Below, piece after piece: positions 14,940 to 29,540 of a stretch of 64,000 nt of DNA. Within the stretch, counting starts at the first letter, position 1, and the number at the start of each line of letters is the position of its first letter. Below the pieces are notes generated by a model. The model did not search any database and was not told the DNA's origin. It saw only the letters and a program-made list of their open reading frames with translations. Source of the DNA: Eledone cirrhosa (lineage: Eukaryota); NCBI GenBank assembly GCA_964016885.1, contig OZ024751.1:38812001-38876000 (forward strand), given 5' to 3'. The translations under genes and the position numbers were made by a program.

Positions 14940-15290
14940 TGCGTTACCCTTCAGCCTCGATACCCCAGTATTGTGGGCCTGGATGGTGTAGCGAAGCCTT
15001 CTTTTGTCTGTGAGAGCCCATGTGTTGGCTGCCTAATGGTCACACTGGAGAGAAACGACTAAACATGTGGCCCCGGACGATAGCGAGGGAGGTACTTTAG
15101 AATAGCCATTCCATCCCATGGGGATCCCTCCTGTGATACCAAGCTCTGACCAGATAGTTGTGAGTACTGATGTTATCCGAGGGGGAAGAAAGCCGTAGGT
15201 CTCCACTGCTCCAGGTTCGACCAGAAACATATCGAAGAGCGACCGATATTTAGAAGTTAAAATGCCCCAGCCAAGAATAGATATCAAAAT
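14940..15290. mobile_element. GC-richer island, probably a TE (LINE UTR-like) fragment; family unassigned
   Basis: Abrupt compositional shift; no recognisable peptide motif. Confidence 0.3.
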
Positions 15291-15658
15291 CTAAAACTCG
15301 TTTTACAGATTGATCAACAGTGTCTCTGCGCCTTTGCCTAAAATATTGATCGCAAATCAAGCCACATATTTAACAGCAGCAATTAATTTACGATCCCGTA
15401 GATTGTCATTCTATTTGATTAGCTTTCTAATCACAGCAGAACGCCGCAACTAATGACAACCAAACCATATATATATTGTTATACTTTGGGAGGGTCATGT
15501 TGCCAATAAGAAACACACGCACCAGTTGCTTTCACTTCAATTTATTATATATTTATAAATTTATAAATTTACAAATCTATAAACCTATAAATTTCTGGTT
15601 GGTTGGTTGGTTCCACAACCAGATAGTTGTTTATATATAGTCATAGTCCTTTTCGTCA

Positions 15659-15757
15659 ATGTTTAGGCAAATTACAGAGGCAGTAAGCATAAAATAATTA
15701 CAACCAAAATTAAATAGAAAATATGAGTGGAACAGCAACATCACAACTTACAATTAA
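15659..15757 (+). pseudogene. C-terminal remnant of a PLE GIY-YIG endonuclease
   Basis: Translates MFRQITEAVSIK*LQPKLNRKYEWNSNITTYN*, matching the R..xEA..I...P.LN motif that carries the conserved Glu and Asn of GIY-YIG domains; one internal stop. Confidence 0.75.
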
Positions 15758-15965
15758 GGACAAAATGAAAACACACACAGGACAAAATGAAAACACACAC
15801 ACACACATAGAACAAACAACTTACAATTAAGGACAAAATGAAAACACACACAGGACAAAATGAAAACACACACACACACATAGAACAAACAACTTACAAT
15901 TAAGGACAAAATGAAAACACACACAGGACAAAATGAAAACACACACACACATAGAACAAACAACC
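15744..15965 (+). repeat. Three-copy tandem repeat (about 72 bp) at the PLE ORF end / 3' UTR
   Basis: CAACTTACAATTAAGGACAAAATGAAAACACACACAGGACAAAATGAAAAC(AC)nATAGAACAAA repeated three times. Confidence 0.9.
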
Positions 15966-16137
15966 AACCAACAATAAATAAATAAATAAATAAATAAACA
16001 AATAGATAAATGAACACAAACACACACAGACACCCGGATGTGGCGCATGCGCAAACTGAGCACACAACACGCACACAGAAACAAAATGGCGTAGGATAGA
16101 AGAAAGGAAAGGCACAGAAACAAAGAAAGGAATCCCC

Positions 16138-16182
16138 AGTCACTGAAGAGGTCACAGAGTGTGTGACGAAAGGACTATGACT
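16138..16182 (+). ncRNA. Minimal type I hammerhead ribozyme (complete core)
   Basis: AGTCA-CTGAAGA-g-GTCACA(gagtg)TGTGAC-GAAA-ggac-TA-TGACT: 5-bp stem I, CUGANGA, 6-bp stem II, 1-bp stem III; predicted cleavage after A16177. Confidence 0.85.
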
Positions 16183-16639
16183 ATATATAAACAACTATCT
16201 GGTTGTGGAACCAACCAACCAACCAGAAATTTATAGGTTTATAGATTTGTAAATTTATAAATTTATAAATATATAATAAATTGAAGTGAAACAACTGGTG
16301 CGTGTGTTTCTTATTGGCAACATGACCCTCCCAAAGTATAACAATATCGGTTTCAACACACGATTTCAGATAAAGAATCTTGCTAAACAAATTCAGAAAC
16401 GAAATATATATATATATAAATATTTATTTATATGTTTATATGTGTGTATGTATATATATATAAAGAGAAAGGAAGAGAGAGTAATAGAAAAAATAGAGAG
16501 AGATAAGTGTGCACATGTATGTATGAAGATATCTATCTGTATATATATATATATATATGTGGGGGGGGGTATGTGGGTGTGAGTGTGTATGTGTGTGTTG
16601 TGTGTGTGTATATATTTATATATGCACTTATTTGTGTGC

Positions 16640-16682
<43 letters not shown>

Positions 16683-18099
16683 AGGGGGAAGAGAGAGTGA
16701 GAAAGCCAGAGAACATTTTAGTGCAAACAATCCTTTCTAGAAATTTCTAAAATCGATAAAGATCCACGTTCATAATATTTGGCATTATTTATATGAATGC
16801 TTTTAACTAATCTTCAATATCACTAATTAAATATAAATTCTTCATTTCCGAAGCAATTTCATTTCATATCAGATTAATTCATGTAGTCGAATATAATTTT
16901 AATAAAAGTTTAGCTTGTAATTATTTTTCATATCTCGTTTGTGTATAAATTTAAGTAATAACTGTGAATCGCTATATCACGAGGAAAAATATATAGAGTT
17001 GTCGATTATATCATACTGGCCGAAGAAATAATAATACAATACATATTTAGAAGTGATTTGTTTCTAAAAATGTATTTATGAATGCAAATTATAATGTCTA
17101 ATTCGAAGTATAAATGAAATTTAACAAATCTTTAGGGTGTTGTTGATTCTTTTCTGAAAGATGTCCACAGAAAATCGTGACTCTGCCTCAAGTATCATTA
17201 ACGTTGAGAATGGAATTCTTTAGTATTTGAATTATGAACGGTGCCAATTTTGTAATAATCATTTTCTTTATATTGTTTCCTTTATTAATTCTTTGAAATG
17301 CATTTCACTTAATTCAGTGACTAGACATGATTTTTTTTTCATTATATTTTATACATTTTTTAAATAACACCAGCCCTAATCGAAGAACGGTTAAAAATAA
17401 ATTAATTATAGGATTGTGTTTTCTAGAGTTAATTAGTTCAACCAATAATAAAATGTAATTAAAATAACGAAGGTTGAATTATATTAATTATTGTTTAAAA
17501 GGAAATTCAATAATAAAAAAAAATATCTGAATGGTTGTGCAATTTTATAGCTAAATATCATTTGATATTTGATTTATTACAAGAAGTATTTGTATTCATT
17601 TCTCTCAATTTTATTTTTTACATTGATGCTGTCTGTTTATATTGAGTACTCTATAATTTTATAATTTCAGCTGTGTTATTCTTCACTTTCTTCAAACTCA
17701 ATTATGAAATAAATATATTTCCTCTGACAACCATCATCTCAATTATCTGTCTTTATACGTTTAAAGACTTATCTTTAGAACACTGTTACAACACGGGTTT
17801 ATTTAATTCATTCTCTGTAATATATATAAGTTTGTTAGACTCCTGTTGCGGGATTTGATTTCTTTTTTCACGATCGTTAGTTGGGCAGTATAACTATATT
17901 TCCATTGTTCTTTCCAATGTTGATGATATCTATTGGTAGCAACTCCTGTCAGATGCATCACCGGATTTCGAGTGACTAGAGAGGTTATTTCATCTCAGGA
18001 CACACATGAAGTATACATTAATTTATGAAGTTATACATTTCATAATTTAAAATTGATATAATCGTTTTCTTTTATTATTAATCATTTACATATATTAAT

Positions 18100-18240
18100 T
18101 AAAATGTTAAAAAAGTTAAAGTCTGCCTCGAGCCCGGAGGGTCATTAGACCGGTACTCATAGCAGCTTCAGTAGCGTGAAGGCACTGAGACTATAAGACA
18201 ACCCCTGGACAGGACGTCAGTCCCTCACAAGGTTTCCTGA
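18100..18240 (-). mobile_element. Decayed SINE 3' fragment
   Basis: CCCCTGGACAGGACGTCAGTCCCTCACAAGG resembles invertebrate SINE body motifs; T-rich tail on the minus strand. Confidence 0.4.
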
Positions 18241-18458
18241 ATGGGAAACGTTATAAATGAAGATCGAACTAAAATATATATTTTTATAACTAGAGGAAAC
18301 TCTGGTATTCTATATTATGTGAGAATAATTTCATTCAAGATTCAGTTACTGTTTTCCCGTTTCCCCAATGAAATAACAGCGATTCCTTAATTCTGTTCAA
18401 TTAAATATTTATATATATACATTTGACTGTATTCCTTCTCTTGTTATTTTCCTACATT

Positions 18459-18534
<76 letters not shown>

Positions 18535-19009
18535 ATGCTATACTGGTAGATGTTATTCGTGAATGCAATATTATACATTATAATAAATTCAGTGATTCAA
18601 GAGAAAAGGGGAAAATACGATACTATACAATATATAATATAATATGACTTTTCGCATTATGTTTTTCTATTTAACGTTTCGTATAGATCACATTATTAAC
18701 GGTGTCGGATTGTAGTTTGTTGATACCATCAGGATATTTCTCTTTTCAGTCCTGTAGGGATTACTGGATGAACTTTTTATTGTCTTCCATAGACACAGTT
18801 ACATAGAAATATTAAATTTCGGGCATTTCTCCTCGAGAATTTCGTAAAAGTTGAATACTTTATAAATGCATTGGATTTTGTTTCTAAGAATATTTTTTCT
18901 ACCCTGCGATTTCCTACCAACAGGGAAATAAATACGTCAATTCGTCAATTGTTTGATACCACGTATGTCAGTTTAATCTAATCAAGACAATTTACTATAT
19001 CTATCTATC

Positions 19010-19390
<381 letters not shown>

Positions 19391-19769
19391 TTGGTAACAA
19401 TTGCAGATATATTAAATACCCCTAAACATATCAGTATAGAATTCCCCTTGACGAGCACTATATTATCTAATAAAGTAGTGCAGCTATGCATGTCGGTAAC
19501 AGCGCAATGGAGCCTCATTATTCTATAGCAGCATCCGGGGTATATAATTCGTTATAAATATAAGATTAATGAAAAGCCATGTTATTTGTGTTTCATAATG
19601 GCAATTTTAAATTAATGCATGGGAAATATTCTGAACGCCAAATAGCAAATATATTTTTACATATCCTAACAAAATTGGTTCACTATAGAATCCGAACAAC
19701 GGTTTGTATTAGAGTCTAATAATTAGAGGGTGACCTATTAGGGTCGTGACATTGACCTAAAATATGCAT

Positions 19770-19950
19770 TGCATTATTTGTTCTGGCTCTTTACATTCTA
19801 ATTTCCAAGCCCGCCGTGGGTAACTTTGTCTTTCATCCTTACGGCCTCGATAAAATAAAGAACCTGTAACGAACTGACGTCGATGTAATCGACTTCCCCC
19901 TCGCCCCAATTTGTTGGCCATGTGTCTAGGTTAGAAACCACTTTTATTAA
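19770..19950 (+). mobile_element. Decayed Nin-like SINE
   Basis: TTTCATCCTTACGGCCTCGATAAAATAAAG...GTCGATGTAATCGAC...TTAGAAACC. Confidence 0.7.
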
Positions 19951-20090
19951 TATTAAACCCAAAAATATATGAATGGTTCCTCAAAGCAGTATCCAACTGA
20001 CTATTCCTTAAACTTCTTCCGTAATATAAAATCATGCAGACTAATTGTGTTAAAATATCTACAGGCATGTTTTTAACACCGCAAACAAAT

Positions 20091-20121
<31 letters not shown>

Positions 20122-20122
20122 C

Positions 20123-20176
<54 letters not shown>

Positions 20177-20319
20177 TGTGTGTGTGTATGTGATGTATGT
20201 ATGGATATATATATCATAACTCATGTACGCTTCTGTTAACTGGAGGCATAAATAGTTGGGTACACAATATTAATTTACCCGATAGATACGGAAAGGGATA
20301 CTGTAAATATTAGCTATTT

Positions 20320-20415
<96 letters not shown>

Positions 20416-20418
<3 letters not shown>

Positions 20419-20479
20419 CTCTTCAACATACGACATTTATTGAGTGCTTGATGATTCTATCTCTCTCTCTGTATATATG

Positions 20480-20530
<51 letters not shown>

Positions 20531-20566
20531 CTATATATATATATATATATAGATATTAGATATCTC

Positions 20567-20605
<39 letters not shown>

Positions 20606-20698
20606 GGCGGGGAGAAAGAGAGAGAGAGAGGGCGGGGAGAAAGAGAGAGAGAGATAGAATCCTCAAACAATCAATAAATGTCGTATGTTGAAGTGAAC
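20416..20698. repeat. About 50 bp inverted repeat enclosing a (TA)n/(GA)n tract
   Basis: GTTCTCTTCAACATACGACATTTATTGA...GATTCTATCTCTC (20416-20470) is reverse complementary to 20645-20698 with about 4 mismatches. Confidence 0.85.
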
Positions 20699-21038
20699 AT
20701 ATACGAATGTGAGTAAACACATATACACTTCCATAGTCTATGTATGTAATTATGTATGTGTCTTCGTGCACAGACACACACACAAACGTACAAATATATA
20801 TATATATGTACGCGTGTGTGTGGATGTGTGACTGTTTTTGGCTGTGTTTGTCTGTGTGTGTGTGTTTCGTAATTCGTATGTTTATCTGCCTCAGTACATA
20901 GCTTACACAGGTAAATATATAAATGCTAATGAAATTATTTGTAAGTTTATAAAAGATTAAATATCTTTAAAGCAAATTATAAATTTTAAATATATATATG
21001 TATATCACATTTTATACAGCATTATATATATATGTTTA

Positions 21039-21116
<78 letters not shown>

Positions 21117-21628
21117 TTATAATATTTGATATGTTTTAAGCATTATATTTTCAAGTTGGTGTTGAATTGTTTATTGTGTTTTAGTGTTATTTATTATCTT
21201 AAAATGAGTGTAAATATATTTATTAGGATTCCAAAATGGAGGTTTGTATTGCAGGAAATAAAAATTAATTACCGCTTTGATTTCATTTATGAGAATTGAT
21301 TTTCTTCTTCATCTTCTTCGTTTATTTTTTGTTCTTCTTTTCCTAATCATTATTGTTATGATTCTGATTCTTATTATTATTATGTATATGCGTGTCAAAA
21401 ATATACGAATTCGTGTTAAACACTACATAAATGAATGGACATCCTGTGAGTTAGTTTGTGTGTTTGCGTGTGTGAGTGTTTGTTTGTATATGTGTGCGTT
21501 TGTGTATGGAACCTTATTTCTTACACGCAATAACCTTTACTGCTGTTTGTGCATTAGTGAATTCGAACAAATGCATAAAAATTATGCATACGCCTTTGCA
21601 TAAACAAAACTTATATGTGTACATACAG

Positions 21629-21688
<60 letters not shown>

Positions 21689-21701
21689 GTATATATATAT
21701 G

Positions 21702-21747
<46 letters not shown>

Positions 21748-21749
<2 letters not shown>

Positions 21750-21932
21750 AACCAGTAAGACCCCGACAGCTGAGCTCAAGCCGTTTCGACGGCTAATTCC
21801 AGAATTAGCCGTCGAAACGGCTTGAGCTCAGCTGTCGGGGACTTACTGGTTCCTATTACCCACTCTACTACCTCAAGTATTGAGTACTTTGGTGCGTTAT
21901 GGTCCACCTGGTTCCTTACCACATTTCCTTCG

Positions 21933-21934
<2 letters not shown>
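21748..21934 (+). mobile_element. Fold-back PLE-derived element, family 1, copy C
   Basis: Palindrome centred near 21800; GAAA at 21814-21817, stem III around the TGAGCTCA palindrome, GTC at 21834-21836; TA flanks. Confidence 0.9.
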
Positions 21935-22020
<86 letters not shown>

Positions 22021-22082
22021 ATACATACACACATACTTCGTTTAATGTAAGGTTTAAGAAGATATACTCATCTCTCTCTTTC

Positions 22083-22180
<98 letters not shown>

Positions 22181-22199
22181 GATATATGTATATATATAC

Positions 22200-22640
22200 T
22201 ATTAATAATGAGTTCAAAACTCGGGCAGTCCTTTACAATGAACTAGCTCAAAGAAAGAAGTATTTCTGAGCCGTGTAATACAAGTTAATATAAATTAATA
22301 TATTTGATAAACACAAATACCAACATATCCGTGTTTGTATTGTAAATGACTAAGTTAGCTAGATTGAAAAATACTAATTATAATAATACAGTTTGCCTGT
22401 CTCGATTTAAAATAATCTACGGAACAGGTTTGATTTTGAAATTTAAATGTGTCCAAGCACCACGGCCATATGCCTATATGCTTTGTTTTTATTGATTTAT
22501 TATTTTAAATCGAGACAGGCAAACTGTATTATTATAATTAGTATTTTAGTATTTTTCAATCTAGCTAACTGAGTCATTTACAATACAAACACGGATATGT
22601 TGGTATTTGTGTTTATCAAATATATTAATTTATATTAACT

Positions 22641-22645
<5 letters not shown>
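22200..22645 (-). mobile_element. Asymmetric inverted-repeat element, family 3 (probable PLE relic)
   Basis: About 140 bp arms (22278-22416 and 22499-22645), 82 bp spacer, extension on one side only, TA flanks; GAGA-CAG(gcaaa)CTG-TA resembles a mutated HHR 3' half. Confidence 0.7.
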
Positions 22646-22695
<50 letters not shown>

Positions 22696-22699
22696 TAAT

Positions 22700-23256
<557 letters not shown>

Positions 23257-23285
23257 TCTATATACACATATATATGCACACACAC

Positions 23286-23387
<102 letters not shown>

Positions 23388-23727
23388 TATATCTTCTTAA
23401 AACTTACATTAAACTACGTATGTGTGTATGTATTTTCATATATGAGACATATATGAGTTACTCCCCTTCAATAACAAAAACATCGAATTTGTGATTACAT
23501 TATCACTTCCCTAGGCCTTGTGCCTATATAAGAAACAATTATTATCACTTCCCTTTATCTTCACAAGGTTTCATGTAAATAACATCTGCCGTCTTGGTAG
23601 CGCGAGAAGGATAAGCAACACCAAGAGGTTTACCGTCTCTATGTTTTATGCTAGAGTAGGCTTTGAAACCTCAGGTAGCATGCAGCTGTGTTGAAAATTC
23701 ATATATATACCGATATATGTACATACT

Positions 23728-23771
<44 letters not shown>

Positions 23772-25461
23772 GGAGTGGATGTTTTATTGTATTAATCTAT
23801 ACACGTATACATATACGTGATTAATTAAGTATATGTATGTGTATTTCGTGTGGACTTATGTTTCTGGTTGTATCCGTGTGCGCGCCTGTGTGTTTTTGTG
23901 ATTGTTATTGTAGATTAAACTAGTAGTAAGACGATCAGGCCGTGAGTTATAGCAAGCCAAACCAAACCACAATCTAGAAATAGAGTGATATTGTGGGGGG
24001 TAGTGTTTGAATTAGTAGATGTCTGTTGGATGTGATTAGTGAACAGCGCAGTTACAAAGCAATTAACCTCTCTATAAAGCGATGAAACGAATATGTGCTT
24101 TTGAAAATTGTCTAATTAACTAGCTTAATGAATTAAATTGAAACTAACAATGAAAGAAAATTTGACTCAAAAATTAATGCACTTGAGTCATTATTTTTTA
24201 ATATATAGAAATACTCTATTATTTATGAGTAAATCATTATTTGCACAAAAAGTTATTATTTTTCACTAAGTATCCTCATAAATACTTCAAAAATAATGTA
24301 TTTATTTAAATATTGTAAATGTAAATCTTAAATAGTTAACTATGCCCATATGCGTGTATGTGTGTAGCCATATGTCTGTGGGTCTGTGTGTGATTAAATA
24401 CTTAACGTCAATAATTTTCTGAACATTGTAAGAATTATAAATATATGATCAATATTAAGTACCAAGCGGTTAAACAAGAGCCTGAGATGTTAGTAAGGAA
24501 CAAAAGAAATAGTTAAATATACTAGAGTAGCAGTGAAATAGACATACAGAGATGAACCTGCATATATATATAAGTGACATTACTGTTACCACAACAAAAT
24601 TGCTTGTTGTTCTGCAAACCGTTGATCACGGTTTTCCAGATGTAAATATTGCATTTTTCAGAAATTATAATACAATATTATGCAATACTCCTTTTTTTTA
24701 TGTGTTTTGGTGTTGGGTTTGAGTTGTCGAAGGTATCAGAGAGACATTTCCTGGCTATTTGTTCCTGTTCACTGCTGTCTGAGTTGAAATCCCGCCGTGT
24801 CATGAATTGCTCTTCCGATTTTCGAAGACTGACTTCAATACTCTCAAATAAGTTGGCTGTTTAAAACTGAAGAGTGCTGGTCTTCACCAGGTTTAAAATT
24901 TCCAAATCCCATCGTGTATTGATACGGTGCAGCCACTAGTCCGCCAAGATTTAAGGGAATGTTATAATACGTTACCTACCTTCCCCCCTGTCGTCGCGAT
25001 ATACGTAATGATAGTTTTATTGTTGTTCAGAAAATATCCCTTATCTGCATTGTCGTGAGCTGGGTGAGAGTTTGATGATTATAAAAATATTATTGTTGAT
25101 GATGCATAGGTAATGCAGATGGTTGCCCGTTTTAACCAACATCAAACTACACAAACCAATAAATGAATACTACCTACAAACGACAACCACAAAAAACACC
25201 CAGGTACACCCGCACATTCGAGATTATATCGTTACTCTAATACAGTCAATTTTAAACAAAGTACTATTGTTATTTATAGAAAATTAAGGGATAGCAGTTC
25301 TCAGAGTGAATACTATTCACAGCAAAACAGGGGACTTTCCATTGCTCAAAATAAACAATACTATACTATTATTGATTCTTGTATTAGACCACTTAACTTC
25401 TTCTAAAGCACAAACACACATACACACACGTATGCATTCCCATATATGTATATGTATAAAG

Positions 25462-25514
<53 letters not shown>

Positions 25515-26290
25515 AGAGAGAGAGAGACAGAGAGAGATATAGAGAGAGCGAGAGAAACATGTATATACACATATGGATATAATTTCCTTGCACTAGGTCA
25601 ATATTAAATAAAGGTATGTTATTTCTTTCCACACTTACACCTGTTTCTAAATAGATTATATCTTCAAAGTTTTTCCCTTTTTTATATTTCAGTAAATCAA
25701 TCTAGACTAAAATAAGCGTAGATTCCAAAGAAAGCGCAGATCTAAAAAGCAGCATAGAGGTATAGATTGAAGTAACTAATGATTCAGCCTCTATAATTGA
25801 AGTCCAGGAAAATGAACTTACTTGAAAGGAAACTTTAATAGAAACGTATTCTTAAAACATTTCATCTGATTTATCACTTCTGTAGTGCAAATAAGCTGTA
25901 GGGCCCTTTCCGGTATGTCTTCTCTCTATCGTTAAAACAATATGTTCGCCAATAGAAAAGCTCCCACGTTTTCTTTAGTCTTTGATCAAAATTACATTAT
26001 GAAATCTTACTAAAGCAGAATATGTGATCTATTCGTTTATTATTATTATTTTTTCATCGCCATCGTTCTCTATCTCTTCATGTTTTATTTATTTTATCTA
26101 GTTCATATATTTATCTCCATCTCTGCATATTCACAGATTATTTTCGTCTGCCACGCATGTCTTCACCTTTTTCTTGTTTAAATTTGTTTTGCATATTCCT
26201 GCCGTCCCTCCACACGTACTTCTCGTTCTAACCCCACTTCGTTACCTGTTTCGCCTTCTTTAAGTTTGACAGTCATTCTCCTTCTCTAAA

Positions 26291-26291
<1 letters not shown>

Positions 26292-26338
<47 letters not shown>
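26292..26338. repeat. (CAT)n microsatellite
   Basis: Read directly. Confidence 0.95.
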
Positions 26339-26532
26339 TATCTTCCACAGCGTCATCCCTATCATCATCATCAACAGAAACAACAAGCTCTTCTTCTTCT
26401 TCATAGTCTTCGTCAAATACTTCTTCCTGTACTTCTTCCGAATTTTACTCATCATAATCTTCATCATCATCATCGATATTAGTATATTATTCTTATTTTT
26501 CATATCCTCCGTGTTAATCCTGTTAATGTTTT

Positions 26533-26700
26533 ATGGCCTAGTGATTAAGATATCGGGCATGTCAATGAGGTGACTGGTTCGATGCCCGAGCCTGACAGTG
26601 CTTTGTGTTCTGTAGTGTAATGTTGCATTTCACTTTGCTACTTCTACCATGAGATGTGATGGTAGATACTAGCAACAATGGAAAAACCAATTGACATATT
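26533..26700 (+). mobile_element. Decayed tRNA-headed SINE
   Basis: A box TGGCCTAGTGA, B box GGTTCGATGCC, then GCTTTGTGTTC...CATTTCACTTTGCT. Confidence 0.65.
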
Positions 26701-27765
26701 CTCCTCTCTATCCTCTCTTACCTTCAACTCTTTTGTTTATTTGCATGTTTATATTTATGGTGTAATGTGAAATAAAATATTTGTTTCAATGAAATATCGC
26801 TCCAGAGGGAATCGAACTCCCGACAATGTGATCGTGAGCTGAACACCAGAATTCCCAATGTGTGTGACTTCACTATTACTTTAGACTTAATCTCGAAATT
26901 TATGAAATGTATTCATTTGAATATCTTTAAATTTGAAATATCCTTTACAAGTCATTCTTTTAAAATAATTTCATTCTGAAACAATTATAATTTACAGAAA
27001 TATTATTGTTTCAATTTGAAATACTATAATCTATTAAATAATTCAAATAATTATATTTCTTCGCAGAAATATCATAACTAAATTTCACGTATCATTTATT
27101 CATGAAACTTTCTCAAAGCCAATCAAAATATTGTTGAAGGGAATATATATCCGACGTTGATGCTGAATTAGTAATGGCTTTTAAGAGCGAGATGTTCAGG
27201 AAAATATTATATTTAAAGGACGATTAGTTATAGAAAAGAATTCCTTCTGTATTTTTCTGTATTTATACTTTTAAATGCCTTGAATGTGGTTGGATTAATT
27301 ACGAAATCACAACTCCGAATGCAATAAATGCAGTGTTCTGGTCTTTCAAAAGAAATACTCTTGTAGAAATATGATAAAGAATCAAAGATGATACTAGTAT
27401 TAACTACATATATATATATCAATAATATTACAAATGAAAACGCTTAACTCAAACACACACATTTCAATGAGTTTATCTGAAAATAATGCCATTCAATGGA
27501 CCTAGCAAGCATCCATTTGTTTTAAAGCATTTACTGACAACTGGCCGAGTAATGCTGACAAAACGCTGTTAATCACTAATATGATATTTACAGAATGGTG
27601 CATCCATTCATTCACGAAATGCCATTAGTTCAAAGCTACGTAGTGGCTTATCTCTTTGTTAAACATATCTCAATTCAAACATCTTTCTATGTATCTATAT
27701 ATCTATCTATCCAACTATCAGCAACGTTTTGCTGTTACTTTCAAAGACTGAGCCACATTAAACAT

Positions 27766-27985
<220 letters not shown>

Positions 27986-28489
27986 GCAGAGAGAGAAAGA
28001 CAGAGAGCAGAATAGACGGGGAAAAGAATAACAAAATTTAAAACACAATTCAATATTATCACATGACCTGACAAATTATGCCACAGTTCAGAGAAGACAA
28101 ACGCAATTGCAGACTGATAATTGTTCAAGTGAAGTAGCACTTGACTAGCCATGCAGAATCAGATCGTTGGCCAGGAATTGAATCGCAAACAATTCTGTCT
28201 CATTTTGCCGCAGGCTAATAAACGGAGAGGGTGTAAGCAAAGAGGTCTAAAGTATTGCTTTTGTCTAGCGTCATTCATGTGACACAACAGCAGCATTTCT
28301 TCAGTGAATTCAAGATATTTTACTCATTTCACTATTCCATCCATTTGCATCAATTCCCAAATGTAAGTGAGTAGATTTCGTTCAGAGTTTACTACTGTTG
28401 TCACCGTGATTAAATGGAACAAAACGTTACATTTGATCAATGGAGAAAACGTCACGCTGAAAGCAGATCCGGCACAAATGGAAAAAAAA

Positions 28490-28509
28490 ACACTACCTAC
28501 TACTAACAT

Positions 28510-28553
<44 letters not shown>

Positions 28554-28745
28554 ATACTACTACTACTACTAATGATAGTGGTTTCTGATTTAGGCAGAGG
28601 GCCAGCAATTTTTGGGTAGGTGAAACATCGATTATATTATTCCTATTCTTTTACTGGAACTTTGAGGATGAAATGCAATGATAACCGCGACGGGATACAA
28701 ATTCAGAAAATTGAGGGCCGTCACTCTATTCCCCGGAGCGGGGTG
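28490..28745 (-). mobile_element. Decayed Nin-like SINE with expanded (ACT)n tail
   Basis: (ACT)n followed by GGTTTCTGATTTAGGCAGAGGGCCAGCAATT...TACTGG...GGATGAAATGCAA. Confidence 0.6.
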
Positions 28746-29169
28746 TTCGTCGCTATACTGCAAATCGATCACCCCATCTATCTATATAGGTGGAAAAATA
28801 GATAAAGTAAGAGAGAATATGACAGATCGACAGAAAAGCAGACAGGTGGTGAAATAGACAGACAGGCAGAGATACAGACATACAGGCATTCAGGCAGACA
28901 GATAGACAGGCAGACATATAGATAAATATGTAGTTAGGTATGTAGGTGGTTGTGTTGTGTGAGTGGGTAGATAAGTAGATAGGTATAGAAATGTTACATA
29001 CAGTGGAAGCCTTTATGTAGAGGATTCGATCATCTTTCCAATAATATACATTTAAGTATTATACATTATTTCTCTATTAAATTCCAGAGTAGTGTCGTGT
29101 GTCTGCTGGAAACATAAGATATCTCCATTAAACATACAGACACACATGCGCAAATCAAGTACATATATT

Positions 29170-29540
29170 TAATTCGGGAGCTGGACCAGCCCCCGAACAG
29201 GACGTCACTGTGTGGTGCCAAAGGTCCCGTCTTCCACATCGAGAATAAGGAGCAGGGTTCACAGGCCCCCAACTCTTCAACAAGTTGCCGAGGGATTTGA
29301 GAGATCTGCATGGTGTGGACGTGGATGTTTTGAAGAAACATCTCGACACCCTGCTATCCAGGATCCCGGATGAGCCCACAGCACGGCACGGGTGAAACCT
29401 AAGGGCAGCACCAACGAACTCCACCTTGCACCAGTGGCCAACCAATACAAGCTGGACATAAAACGTGTAGCAACAAGGGCGGTGCCCCAGCATGGCCTCA
29501 GCTGGGTGGCTGGAACAGGTAAGTGAGTAAAAAAAGTAGA
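29170..29540 (+). mobile_element. CR1-clade LINE 3' end
   Basis: PRTGRHCVVPKVP...FTGPQLFNKLPRDLRDLHGVDVDVLKKHLDTLLSRIPDEPT...RAAPTNSTLHQ, typical of the CR1 ORF2 C-terminus; short 3' UTR and GTAA-like tail. Confidence 0.8.

Larger units (their letters stand above)
15473..16403 (+). mobile_element. 5'-truncated Penelope-like retroelement with inverted pseudo-LTR
   Basis: About 185 bp near-perfect inverted repeat (15473-15658 vs 16164-16347), GIY-YIG C-terminal remnant, complete hammerhead, and TA runs at both ends. Confidence 0.9.

Noticed and set aside
15160-15205. CTGATGT...GAAA-GCCG-TA hammerhead-like string
   Set aside because: A9 is mutated and stems I and II pair poorly.
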